Below are positions 38,038 through 47,203 of a DNA stretch of 64,000 nt, piece after piece; positions within the stretch are counted from its first letter, which is position 1; each line of letters starts with the position of its first letter. The notes beneath the pieces are model-generated. The model was given only the letters and a program-made list of their open reading frames with translations, was not told the origin of the DNA and ran no database searches. The DNA is taken from positions 1,024,001 to 1,088,000 of the forward strand of contig CAWDVR010000001.1 in the NCBI GenBank assembly GCA_963805975.1, given 5' to 3'. This DNA comes from an uncultured Acidobacteriota bacterium. GTDB taxonomy: Bacteria; Acidobacteriota; Thermoanaerobaculia; Multivoradales; SZUA-115. A program made the position numbers and the translations under genes.

Positions 38038-39741
38038 ATCGCCCCCCTCCTCCACCTCTTGCGCTTCCTGCTCCGCTTCACGCGCCACGTGCACTTCTCC
38101 CGGCTGGGAGTGGGGCTGGTGCTGGCCGCCGGCCTGGTGGCCGGCGCCGCCAACATCCTGCTGCTGGCGATCATCAACTCCGCCCTGGGCTCCCTGGGCT
38201 CGCCCAGCCGCTTCCTGGTCACGGCCTTCGCCGCGTTGTGCGTGCTGATGCCGGTCACCTGGTTCGCCTCCCAGTACCTGATCTTCGCCCTCAACCAGCA
38301 GGTGCTCTCGGACCTGCGCATGCACCTCGCGAAACGCATCCTGGCCACCCCGCTGCGCCGGCTGGAGGAGGTGGGGCCGGGGCGGCTGCTGGCCACTCTC
38401 ACCGAGGACGTGGGGGCGATCTCCCAGGCCCTCCTGGACATTCCGCTGCTGTGCCTGAACGGCGCCATCGTGCTGGGTTGCCTGGCCTACTTCGCCTACC
38501 TCTCCTGGCCGGTGCTGCTGGGCTTCGTGGTGGTGATGGCCCTGGGGCTCGCCAGCTACCAGCTTCCGCTCGCCCGGGCCACCAGGCACTTCTCCGAGGG
38601 CCGTCGCCACTTCGACCAGATGGTGGGGCACCTGCGGTCGCTGACCGATGGCACCAAGGAGCTCAAGGTCCACCGGCCCCGGCGGCAGGCCTTCGTCTCA
38701 GAGCACCTGGAGGCCAGCGTCCAGGGCTACCGCCGCGCCAGCGTGCGGGGCGGCAAGATCTTCGCCGCCGCCACCGGCTGGGGGAGGGGAGTCTTCTTCG
38801 TGGTGATCGGCCTGGTGCTCTTCGTCCTGCCCCAGCAGACCACTCTCGACCGCACGGCGATCACCGGCTACGTCCTGGGGCTCCTCTACCTGATGAACCC
38901 CATCGACATCGTGCTGCGGGTGATGCCGGAGCTCAGCCGGGCCGCGGTCGCCATCCGGCAAGTGGAAAACCTGGGGCTCTCCTTGGCCGAGGAGGAGCCG
39001 GCGGGACCCGAGCCGGCGCCGGAGCGGCCGGGTGCGGCCTCAGTCGGCGAGTGGCGCCGCCTGGAGCTGGACGGAGTGCACTACTCCTACCCCGGGGAGG
39101 AAGGTCACACCTTCGCGCTGGGGCCCCTGGACCTCGTGCTCACCCCCGGGGAGCTGGTCTTCGTGGCCGGCGGCAATGGCAGCGGCAAGACCACTCTGGC
39201 CAAGCTCTTGACCGGCCTCTATGAGCCGGATGCGGGAGAGGTCCGCCTCGACGGAACCGCCGTCACCGCCGCCAACCGGGAGGCCTTCCGGCAGCATTTC
39301 TCGGTGGTCTTCTCCGACTTCCACCTCTTCCCGAGCCTGCCGGGGCTCTGGGCGCCGGACCTGGAAAAGGCGGCGGGGGAGTACCTGGCCACGCTGCAGC
39401 TCGCTCACAAGGTCCAGGTCAAGGACGGCGCGCTGACCACGGTGGATCTCTCTCAAGGGCAGCGCAAGCGGCTGGCACTGCTCACCGCCTACCTAGAAGA
39501 TCGGCCCATCTACCTGTTCGACGAGTGGGCCGCCGACCAGGACCCCTACTTCAAGGAGGTCTTCTACCGGCAGCTCCTGCCGGGTCTCAAGAAGCGGGGC
39601 AAGACGGTGGTGGTGATCAGCCACGACGACCGCTACTACGACCAGGCCGACCGCCTGGTCAAGCTGGAGAACGGGCGCTTCGTGGAGCCCCAGGCGCCGG
39701 CGGCATCCGCCAGCGCCTCGACCTCCCGCACCAGCGCGTAG
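38038..39741 (+). CDS. Cyclic peptide export ABC transporter (SyrD/PvdE/YojI family)
   Basis: About six TM segments, DGTKELK, Walker A GGNGSGKT, VFSDFHLF, LSQGQRKRL and FDEWAADQDP. Start uncertain: ATC at 38038 after AAGGAG, or TTG at 38059. Confidence 0.92.
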   Translation: MAPLLHLLRFLLRFTRHVHFSRLGVGLVLAAGLVAGAANILLLAIINSALGSLGSPSRFLVTAFAALCVLMPVTWFASQYLIFALNQQVLSDLRMHLAKRILATPLRRLEEVGPGRLLATLTEDVGAISQALLDIPLLCLNGAIVLGCLAYFAYLSWPVLLGFVVVMALGLASYQLPLARATRHFSEGRRHFDQMVGHLRSLTDGTKELKVHRPRRQAFVSEHLEASVQGYRRASVRGGKIFAAATGWGRGVFFVVIGLVLFVLPQQTTLDRTAITGYVLGLLYLMNPIDIVLRVMPELSRAAVAIRQVENLGLSLAEEEPAGPEPAPERPGAASVGEWRRLELDGVHYSYPGEEGHTFALGPLDLVLTPGELVFVAGGNGSGKTTLAKLLTGLYEPDAGEVRLDGTAVTAANREAFRQHFSVVFSDFHLFPSLPGLWAPDLEKAAGEYLATLQLAHKVQVKDGALTTVDLSQGQRKRLALLTAYLEDRPIYLFDEWAADQDPYFKEVFYRQLLPGLKKRGKTVVVISHDDRYYDQADRLVKLENGRFVEPQAPAASASASTSRTSA

Positions 39742-40754
39742 GGGTCCCAGGCGTCGTGAGAGACGCTCTCGAGCGGCAGCTCGGTGCCCAGGCCGAGGTG
39801 GTGGGCGTGCGCGAGGAGCACCTCCATCGCCACCTGGTCCTCGAGGGCGAAGCCGGTGGAGTCGAAGATCGTGGTCTCGCCGCGCAGATGGGCGAAGCGC
39901 TCCGGCGTCTTGACCAGCTCGTCCAGGCTCGCCCCCACCTCCTCGGGCGCCAACTGCTGGCACTCCCCCTCGCGCAGGGCCTGCTCGCGGAAGTCAGCGC
40001 ACACCCAGGCCCGGCGGACCAGCCCGGCCGGCAGCTCGGTCTTGCCGGGGAAGTCGGAGCCCACGGCGTTGATATGCACCCAGGGGCGGAGCGCGTCGCC
40101 GTCGAGGACCGCCCCCTCGCCCGGGGCCACCGAGGTGGCGGTGCACAGCAGGTCGGCGGCGGCCTCCACCTCGCGGCGGGGAGCGGGCCGCACCGGCACG
40201 CCGAACGCGGCGGTGCGCTGGGCGAAGGAGCGCTCCACCCGCGGATCGGCGTCGTGGATCAGCACCTCTCGCAGGTCGAAGCAGCGGCTCAGGGCGTGGA
40301 GCTGGGTCACCGCCTGCATACCGCAGCCCACCAGGCCCAGGACGCGGCTGTCGGGGCGAGCCAGCAGGCGGCTCGCCACCGCCGACGCGGCGCCGGTGCG
40401 CACCGCCGTGGCCAGGCCCCCGTCGGCCACCGCCAGCAGGTGGCCGTTGGCCACGTCGTAGAGGGAGAGGGTCGCCAGCACCGTGGGGATCCCCTGGCCG
40501 GGGTTGTGGGGGTGGTAGGCCACGGTCTTGATGAGCACGTTACGCCCCACGGTGAGGAGCGGCATCCACTCCACCAGGCCGGGCCGGGGAGAGTCGTAGT
40601 CGAAGCCGTCCCGCACCGGGATGCGAGTCGTGGCCGGATCGAAGGCGCGCAGGCTGGCCTCGAGCCCGGCGATCACCTCGTCCATCAGCGAGTCGAGGCC
40701 CACCGTGGCGGCCAGGCGGGCGACGTCGTCGCGGCCGAGGAAGAGGGTCTTCAA
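39636..40754 (-). CDS. Lysine/ornithine cyclodeaminase (RapL/PipA/TubZ-like; pipecolate or proline forming)
   Basis: TTG start overlaps the upstream TGA, with a GGAGG RBS. VEWMP, KTVAYHPHNP, RTGAASAVA, GCGMQA, HINAVGSD and FDSTGFALED motifs. Confidence 0.9.
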   Translation of the reverse strand: MKTLFLGRDDVARLAATVGLDSLMDEVIAGLEASLRAFDPATTRIPVRDGFDYDSPRPGLVEWMPLLTVGRNVLIKTVAYHPHNPGQGIPTVLATLSLYDVANGHLLAVADGGLATAVRTGAASAVASRLLARPDSRVLGLVGCGMQAVTQLHALSRCFDLREVLIHDADPRVERSFAQRTAAFGVPVRPAPRREVEAAADLLCTATSVAPGEGAVLDGDALRPWVHINAVGSDFPGKTELPAGLVRRAWVCADFREQALREGECQQLAPEEVGASLDELVKTPERFAHLRGETTIFDSTGFALEDQVAMEVLLAHAHHLGLGTELPLESVSHDAWDPYALVREVEALADAAGAWGSTKRPFSSLTRRSAWS

Positions 40755-41626
40755 ACCGCCACCTCCTCGGACCTCCGGGTGGGGAACTCGAAGCGCTCGC
40801 CCAGCGCACGCTCCTCGATGCAGAAGCGCTTGAAGGCGACCGCCTTCTCCGCGAGCCGGGGGTCCTCCGCACGGCGGGCCAGCTCCACCAGCCAGTCGAA
40901 GACGTCGGCCGCGTGCGCCTGGCGGTAGAAATGGATCTTGCCCAGGAGGCCGACCAGGTCGCGGAAATTCTCCTGGGTCAGGAGCTTGCCCAGGGCGAAG
41001 AGGATCTGCCGGTCCTCCTGGGTCAGGGGCTCGCGCTCGACGAGGTGCGGCGAGAGCTCCCCGGAGTTCCGGTACGGGGGCCGGACCCACTCTTCGAGCG
41101 GGCGCCCGTCGTCCGAGAAATCGAGGCACAGGGAGATACGCCGGAAGTCGAAGAGGCTGCACGCCGAGTGGACCGTCCGGGCGTCGAGGAACCAGACCTC
41201 CCCCTCCCGCATGTGGAAGACCAGATCCTCCTCGGAGTGCAGGCAGCTCGGGTCCGTGGCCAGAGGCACGTTGAGGCGCACGAACGGCTCCTCGAACTCG
41301 ACGAAGTCCCGGTGCGAGATCAGCAGGCCGTTGTGGACCAGGAAGATGCGCTCCCATTTCAGGCGATCGGTATCGAAGGTCTCTGCGATGGCCTGGCCCA
41401 GGTAGGGCAGCTCGCGCCCGAGGGCAGTTTTCTGCGGCCGTCCCTCGTAGCCCCGGAACGAGGTGTCTGCCGCGTCGCCGCCGGCGTTGGCCAGCACGTA
41501 GGAGCGCCAGGTTCCGAAGGTGTATTCGGAGTACTGATCTTTGACCTGGAAATCGAGGATCCTGGCCAGCTCGGGGGCGAGCCGAGACGAGTCGAGCCGG
41601 AGCCTGCCGAGAATTTGTGACTTCAT
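40751..41626 (-). CDS. Fe(II)/2-oxoglutarate L-proline/L-pipecolate hydroxylase (proline 3-hydroxylase/GetF-like)
   Basis: MKSQILGRLRLDSSRLAPEL, HRDFVE (HxD), FHMREGEVWFLDARTVHSA, RISLCLDF and a helical C-terminal domain resemble Streptomyces proline 3-hydroxylase. Confidence 0.87.
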   Translation of the reverse strand: MKSQILGRLRLDSSRLAPELARILDFQVKDQYSEYTFGTWRSYVLANAGGDAADTSFRGYEGRPQKTALGRELPYLGQAIAETFDTDRLKWERIFLVHNGLLISHRDFVEFEEPFVRLNVPLATDPSCLHSEEDLVFHMREGEVWFLDARTVHSACSLFDFRRISLCLDFSDDGRPLEEWVRPPYRNSGELSPHLVEREPLTQEDRQILFALGKLLTQENFRDLVGLLGKIHFYRQAHAADVFDWLVELARRAEDPRLAEKAVAFKRFCIEERALGERFEFPTRRSEEVAV

Positions 41627-41814
41627 GGCTGCGACTTCATGGCATTGCAGGGAAAACCAGTGGAAGATGCCGGTTGAGAGGGGCCAGCATGGAGGGACTC
41701 TACCGACCTCCCGGTGACCTGTCAACGCGCGGACGAGACAGGCGGCAGCCTGTTTCGGGCTCGAGATCTACGGCCCGCAAACGTTAGTTTTCGTCCCGCC
41801 TCCCGCCCAGTTGC

Positions 41815-42069
41815 GTGGCGGCAACCGCCGGCCGGCAGCTCGGCCGCAAGCGAGCCCTTCGCGAGCTCGACCAGGCGGCCATCGATCGCTCCTTCGAGGA
41901 GCGGGATATCCTCTTCGACTCGCGCCAGTATCCGCGCGACGAGGCGCCCGCCGCCTACAAGGACTTCGACGAGGTGCTGCGCTCGGTGAAATCGGCCGGG
42001 CTGGCCTCCGAGGTGGCCCGGCTCCAGGCGCGCTTCGTGATCAAGGACGCCTCGGGCGCGGACGACTGA
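41815..42069 (+). pseudogene. rtcB: C-terminal remnant of RNA ligase RtcB
   Basis: AGRQLGRK...DEAPAAYKDFDEV...VARLQARFVIKD resembles the RtcB C-terminus. Only about 80 codons, directly upstream of rtcA. Confidence 0.75.
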
Positions 42070-42071
42070 CC

Positions 42072-43100
42072 ATGCTCCTCCTCGACGGTTCAGCCGGTGA
42101 AGGCGGCGGGCAGATCCTGCGCTCGGCGCTCACGCTGTCGCTCGTCACCGGCCAGCCCTTCCGCATCGAGCGGATTCGCCAGCGCCGGAGCCGGCCCGGC
42201 CTCATGCGCCAGCACCTGACGGCGGTGAAGGCGGCGCAGGCGGTCTCTGGCGCCGAGGCTCCGGGGGCCGAGGTCGGCTCCACGGAGCTGACCTTCCGGC
42301 CGGGCCGGGTGCGCGGTGGCGAGCACGCCTTCGCCGTGGGCACGGCCGGCAGCACCACGCTGGTGCTCCAGACGGTGCTCCCGGCGCTGATGCTCGTGGC
42401 CGAGCCCTCGCGCCTGACGCTCGAAGGCGGCACCCACAACCCGTGCGCGCCGCCGTGGGACTTTCTCGTCGAGGCCTACCCTCCCTTGCTCCAGGCAATG
42501 GGGCCGCGTTTCTCGCCCCTGCTCGAGCGGCCGGGCTTCTTCCCGGCCGGCGGCGGCCGGCTGACGCTCGGCATCGAGCCCACGGCCAAGCTCGGTCCGC
42601 TGGAGCTGCTCGCCGTGGAAGAGCCGCGCGAGCTCTCCGCCACGGTCCTCCTCGCCAGCCTCCCGACGCACATCGGAGCTCGGGAGGCCGAGCGCCTCCA
42701 GACGCTCACCGGACTTCCTCCCGAGCGCATCGAGGTCAGGGACCTCGAAGGCGTGGCCGGCCTGGGCAACGTGGTGATGGTCAAGCTGCGGAGCCGCCGA
42801 TTCACCGAGGTCTTCACCGCCTTCGGCGAACGGGGTGTGCGCGCCGAGGCCGTGGCGGAGCAAGCGGTGCGCGCCTATCGCCATTTTCTCGCCGCCGGCG
42901 TGCCGGTGGGGGAGCACCTGGCGGACCAGTTGATCCTGCCGCTGGCCGTCGCCGGCCGGGGGAGCTTTCGCACGCTGCCCCTGAGCCGCCACGCCACGAC
43001 CCAGATCGCGCTGGTGGGCCGGTTCCTGGACGTGGAGATCGCGGTGAGAGACGAGGGCGGTGCGACCGTCGTCGAGGTGGGCGGCCCGCGGCAGCGATAG
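42072..43100 (+). CDS. rtcA: RNA 3'-terminal phosphate cyclase
   Basis: LDGSAGEGGGQILRSAL, PGLMRQHLTAV, GTAGSTTLVLQ, GGTHNP, GFFPAGGG and HLADQL motifs. Confidence 0.95.
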   Translation: MLLLDGSAGEGGGQILRSALTLSLVTGQPFRIERIRQRRSRPGLMRQHLTAVKAAQAVSGAEAPGAEVGSTELTFRPGRVRGGEHAFAVGTAGSTTLVLQTVLPALMLVAEPSRLTLEGGTHNPCAPPWDFLVEAYPPLLQAMGPRFSPLLERPGFFPAGGGRLTLGIEPTAKLGPLELLAVEEPRELSATVLLASLPTHIGAREAERLQTLTGLPPERIEVRDLEGVAGLGNVVMVKLRSRRFTEVFTAFGERGVRAEAVAEQAVRAYRHFLAAGVPVGEHLADQLILPLAVAGRGSFRTLPLSRHATTQIALVGRFLDVEIAVRDEGGATVVEVGGPRQR

Positions 43101-43131
43101 ACTCTTCCGATCCTGCGGAGGTGATTCCCCG

Positions 43132-43404
43132 ATGTGCCGGAACATCAAGACCCTCTTCAACTTCGAGCCGCCGGTGACGGAGGGCGAGCTGCGCTCTGCC
43201 GCGTTGCAGTTCGTGCGCAAGGTCACCGGCTTCAACCAGCCGTCCAAGGCCAATGCAGCCGCGTTCTTCGCCGCGGTCGACGAGATCACCGGGATCTCGG
43301 GCAGGCTTCTCGGTGCGCTCGAGACCAGCGCACCCCCACGCAACCGGGAGGAGCAGGCGGTTCGAGCGAAGGCCCGCGCCGCCCGCCGCTTCCCGGCAAC
43401 CTGA
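43132..43404 (+). CDS. DUF2277 family small protein
   Basis: MCRNIKTLFNFEPP...AALQFVRKVTGFNQPSKAN, with a GGAGG RBS. Confidence 0.85.
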   Translation: MCRNIKTLFNFEPPVTEGELRSAALQFVRKVTGFNQPSKANAAAFFAAVDEITGISGRLLGALETSAPPRNREEQAVRAKARAARRFPAT

Positions 43405-43485
43405 TCGAGCCGGCCTCTCGAAACTGCGACCCCGCTCCAGCCGTAGAAGCGGGAGAACGCACCAGCATCTCTTGGAGACTCCCCG

Positions 43486-45987
43486 ATGCCCAACCTTCGG
43501 CATGCGCTGCGCACCCTGCTCGGAACCCCGCTCGTCACCGCCGTCGCCTGCCTCTCGCTGGCCCTGGGCATCGGCGCGAACTCCGCCATCTTCTCGCTCT
43601 TCGACCAGATGGTCCTGCGGGCCCTGCCCGTGGCGCAGCCGCAGCGGCTGGTGAACCTCTCCGCCCCGGGCCCGAAGCCCGGCTCGCAGTCCTGCAGCAA
43701 CGCGGGCGACTGCGACGAGGTGTTCAGCTATCCCATGTTCCGCGACCTCGAGAGCGCCGAGATCGAGCTCTCGAGCCTCGGCGCGCACCGCGAGTTCGGC
43801 GCCAACCTGGCCTATCGCGGGCAGACCGCGAGCGAGAGCGGCCTCCTGGTCTCGGGCGGCTATTTCCCCACGCTCGGCCTGCAGCCGGTGCTCGGCCGGC
43901 TCTTCGGCCCGGAGGACAACCGCACGCCGGGAGGCCACCCGGTGACGGTTCTCGCCCACGAGTACTGGCGGAGCCGCTTCGGCGCCAGCCCGGCGGTGGT
44001 GGGCGACTCGCTCACCGTCAACGGCCAGACGCTGACCATCGTCGGCGTGGCGCCGGCCGGCTTCACGGGCACCACGCTCGGCTCCCGGCCGCAGGTCTTC
44101 GTGCCCATGGTGATGCGCGAGACGCTGGTGCCGGGCTTCAAAGGCCTCGAGGATCGCCGCAGCTACTGGGTCTACGTCTTCGGCCGCCTGAAGCCGGGCG
44201 CCTCCCTCGCCCAAGCCCAGGTGGCGGTCAACGTGCCGTACCACGCCATCGTCAACGAGGTGGAAGCGCCGCTGCAGGAGGGCATGAGCGAGCAGACCCT
44301 GGCGCAGTTCCGGGCCAAGACCGTCCAGCTCGCGCCGGGCGCGCGGGGCCAGAGCTCGGTCCGCGGAGAAGCTCGCGCTCCCTTGCTGTTGCTCCTGGGC
44401 GCCACCGCCTTCGTGCTGTTGATCGCCTGCGCCAACGTCGCCAACCTGCTCCTCGCCCGAGCGGCCAGTCGGGCGGACGAGATCGCCGTGCGACTGGCGG
44501 TGGGCGCCGCCCGGCGCCAGCTCGTCTTCCAGCTCCTCACCGAGTCCTGCCTCCTGGCAGTGCTCGCCGGGCTCCTCGGCCTCGTGGTTGCCTCCTGGAC
44601 CCTGAGGCTGGTCGGCTCCCTGCTGCCGCCCTACGCCGCGGCGACCCTGTCCTTCGAGATCGACCCCTCGATCCTGGCTTTCACCGCCTTCCTGGCGCTC
44701 GCCACCGGCCTCGTCTTCGGGCTCTTCCCGGCCCTGCACAGCACCCGGCCGGAGCTCGCCTCCTCCCTCAAGGGGCAGGCGACCAAGACCACCGGCACCC
44801 GCGCCGCCGCACGCTTCCGTGCCGGGCTGGTCACCGGGCAGATCGCGCTCGCCATGGCGCTCCTGGTCTCGGCCGGCCTCTTCACCAAGAGCCTCGCCAA
44901 CGTGAGCCGGGTGGACCTCGGCCTGAAGACCGATCACCTCGTCACTTTCGGCATCTCGCCCGACCTCAACGGCTACACGCCGGTGCGGTCGCTGGCCCTT
45001 TTCGAGCGCATGCAGGAAGAGCTCTCGGCGCTGCCCGGCGTGACCGGGGTGGTGGGTTCGATGGTGCCGCTGATCTCGGGCAGCAACTGGGGCAGCAGCG
45101 TCTCGGTCGAGGGCTTCGCGGCGGACTCGGACACCGACACCCATTCGGTGTTCAACGAGATCGGCACCGGCTACTTCCGCACCCTGGAGATCCCGCTCCT
45201 CGCCGGACGGGACTTCGCGACCGCCGACGCGCTCGGGGCCCCCAAGGTGGCGATCGTCAACGAGGCCTTCACCCGCAAGTTCAACCTCGGCCGCGAGGCC
45301 GTGGGCAAGCACATGGCGACCAGCACCGGCGCGGGCACGCCGCTCGACATCGAGATCGTCGGCCTGGTGGCGGACGCCAAGTACAGCGACGTCAAGCGCC
45401 CCGTGCCGCCGCAGTTCTTCCTGCCGTACCGCCAGAACGAGGGGTTGGGCGCGCTCAATTTCTACGTCCGCACGGCCCTCGCGCCCGAGAACGCGATGGT
45501 GTCGATCGGCGAGGTGGTCCGTCGCCTCGACCCCGACCTGCCCCTCGAGAACCTCCAGACCATGGAGGCCCAGGTGCGCCAGAACGTGTTCATCGACCGG
45601 CTGATCGGCACGCTCTCGACAGCCTTCGCAGTGCTCGCCACGCTGCTCGCCGCGGTGGGCCTCTACGGTGTGCTGGCCTACACGGTGGCGCAGCGCACGC
45701 GGGAGATCGGCCTGCGGATGGCGCTCGGCGCCAACGTCGCCCAGGTGCGGGGCATGGTGCTCCGCCAAGTGGGGCTGATGACACTGATCGGCGGAGCAGC
45801 CGGCATCCTCGCCGCCTTGGCCCTGTCCCGCCTCGGGCGATCGCTGCTCTACGAGCTCCAGGGCCACGACCCCGCCGTGCTCGGCGGGGCGGCGGTGCTG
45901 CTGGCCCTGGTGGCGCTGTCGGCAGGCTTCATCCCCGCCTCCCGCGCCTCCCGCATCGAACCCATGCGGGCGCTGCGGCACGACTGA
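43486..45987 (+). CDS. ABC transporter permease, ADOP/MacB-like (duplicated MacB_PCD + FtsX)
   Basis: LALGIGANSAIFS, LLIACANVANLLLARA, EIAVRLAVGA and QRTREIGLRMALGA motifs; 833 aa. Confidence 0.92.
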   Translation: MPNLRHALRTLLGTPLVTAVACLSLALGIGANSAIFSLFDQMVLRALPVAQPQRLVNLSAPGPKPGSQSCSNAGDCDEVFSYPMFRDLESAEIELSSLGAHREFGANLAYRGQTASESGLLVSGGYFPTLGLQPVLGRLFGPEDNRTPGGHPVTVLAHEYWRSRFGASPAVVGDSLTVNGQTLTIVGVAPAGFTGTTLGSRPQVFVPMVMRETLVPGFKGLEDRRSYWVYVFGRLKPGASLAQAQVAVNVPYHAIVNEVEAPLQEGMSEQTLAQFRAKTVQLAPGARGQSSVRGEARAPLLLLLGATAFVLLIACANVANLLLARAASRADEIAVRLAVGAARRQLVFQLLTESCLLAVLAGLLGLVVASWTLRLVGSLLPPYAAATLSFEIDPSILAFTAFLALATGLVFGLFPALHSTRPELASSLKGQATKTTGTRAAARFRAGLVTGQIALAMALLVSAGLFTKSLANVSRVDLGLKTDHLVTFGISPDLNGYTPVRSLALFERMQEELSALPGVTGVVGSMVPLISGSNWGSSVSVEGFAADSDTDTHSVFNEIGTGYFRTLEIPLLAGRDFATADALGAPKVAIVNEAFTRKFNLGREAVGKHMATSTGAGTPLDIEIVGLVADAKYSDVKRPVPPQFFLPYRQNEGLGALNFYVRTALAPENAMVSIGEVVRRLDPDLPLENLQTMEAQVRQNVFIDRLIGTLSTAFAVLATLLAAVGLYGVLAYTVAQRTREIGLRMALGANVAQVRGMVLRQVGLMTLIGGAAGILAALALSRLGRSLLYELQGHDPAVLGGAAVLLALVALSAGFIPASRASRIEPMRALRHD

Positions 45988-46001
45988 CACGGGGGAGCGG
46001 C

Positions 46002-46439
46002 ATGAAGGTCTTCACCATCGGGTTCACGAAGAAGCCTGCACGCCGCTTTTTCGAGCTGCTGCGGCAGTCGGGGGCCCGGCGTGTCGTCGACGTTCGATTG
46101 AACAACGTGTCGCAGCTCGCCGGCTTCGCCAAGAAGGACGACCTCGCCTTCTTCCTGCAGGAAGTCTGCGGGATGGAGTACGTCCATCTCCCCGAGCTGG
46201 CACCGACGCAGGAGCTCCTCGACGGTTTCAAGAAGGAGCGCGGCGACTGGAAGGCGTACGAGCCTCGGTTCCTCGAGCTGATGAGGCAGCGGCGCATCGA
46301 GGAGACGGTGCCCCGCGAGCTGATCGCCGAGGGCTGCCTGCTGTGCAGCGAGGACCAGCCGCACCACTGCCACCGCCGGCTGGTCGCCGAGTACCTGCAG
46401 CGGCACTGGGGCGACCTGGACATCGTCCATCTGAAATAG
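46002..46439 (+). CDS. DUF488 family protein
   Basis: MKVFTIGFT...VVDVRLNNVSQLAGFAK...CLLCSEDQPHHCHRRLVAEYL. Confidence 0.88.
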   Translation: MKVFTIGFTKKPARRFFELLRQSGARRVVDVRLNNVSQLAGFAKKDDLAFFLQEVCGMEYVHLPELAPTQELLDGFKKERGDWKAYEPRFLELMRQRRIEETVPRELIAEGCLLCSEDQPHHCHRRLVAEYLQRHWGDLDIVHLK

Positions 46440-46575
46440 AAGGCCGAAGACTTCGCGGCAGCCCGGTGACCGATTTCGAACCGGGCGGCTACCGACATTG
46501 GAACCCTCGGCCTCCCGCCAGACAGAGCACGGCCCACGGCCCGCGCGGGTGGATGCCGTGTCGAGGGAGACCGCC

Positions 46576-47159
46576 ATGGGAGAGCATCACGTCCGTCGCG
46601 AGCGGCGGCTGCTCGACGGCCTGATCGAGGCCGTGAGCACCGTCTACCACGCTCACGCGGGGTCGAGGTCCGCGCCCACGCCATCGCTCAGGCTCTGGCG
46701 CCGTTTCTCGGCGACCCCAGGCTGCTGAGCGCCGCCGAGCAAGAGCCCGACCCGGAGCGCTACCGCCCGCACGTGCTCTACGTGACGCCGCGGGGCGCCT
46801 TCTCGATCGTCTCCCTGGTCTGCCTGCCCGGCCAGGCCACTTCGATCCACGACCACGTCTCCTGGTGTGTGATCGGGGTGCATCAGGGCTCCGAGCGCGA
46901 GTTCGCGTACCGGCTCGAGCAGAGACCGGAAGGGAGCGTCCTGGTACCGGTGGGCGAGTGTACGAACCATCCCGGCGAAGTCTCCGCGCTGGCGCCGCCG
47001 GGAGACATCCACCGGGTCGAGAACCCGGGGCCGGGCACGGCCATCTCGATTCACGTCTATGGAGCCGACATCCGCCGGCTCGGCTCCAGCATAAGGCGGC
47101 GCTACGACCTGCCGGTGGTCGCGGCCGACGCCGGCCCGCTCGTCCGTCCCGCCGCCTGA
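46576..47159 (+). CDS. Cysteine dioxygenase-like cupin (apparent frameshift near 46660-46680)
   Basis: ATG at 46576 after GAGGGAG. The C-terminal frame has PGQATSIHDH, DIHRVEN and AISIHVYG, and is in a different frame from the N-terminus. Confidence 0.75.
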
Positions 47160-47203
47160 GCGCGACCCAGGCGGCGGGATGGGAGGCCGCTGGGCTCGCG
47201 CCG

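Noticed and set aside
43134-46001. 1101-aa ORF 43134..46439 as one protein
   Set aside because: Only the final 145 aa (from 46002, DUF488) is protein-like; the rest overlaps DUF2277 and the permease out of frame
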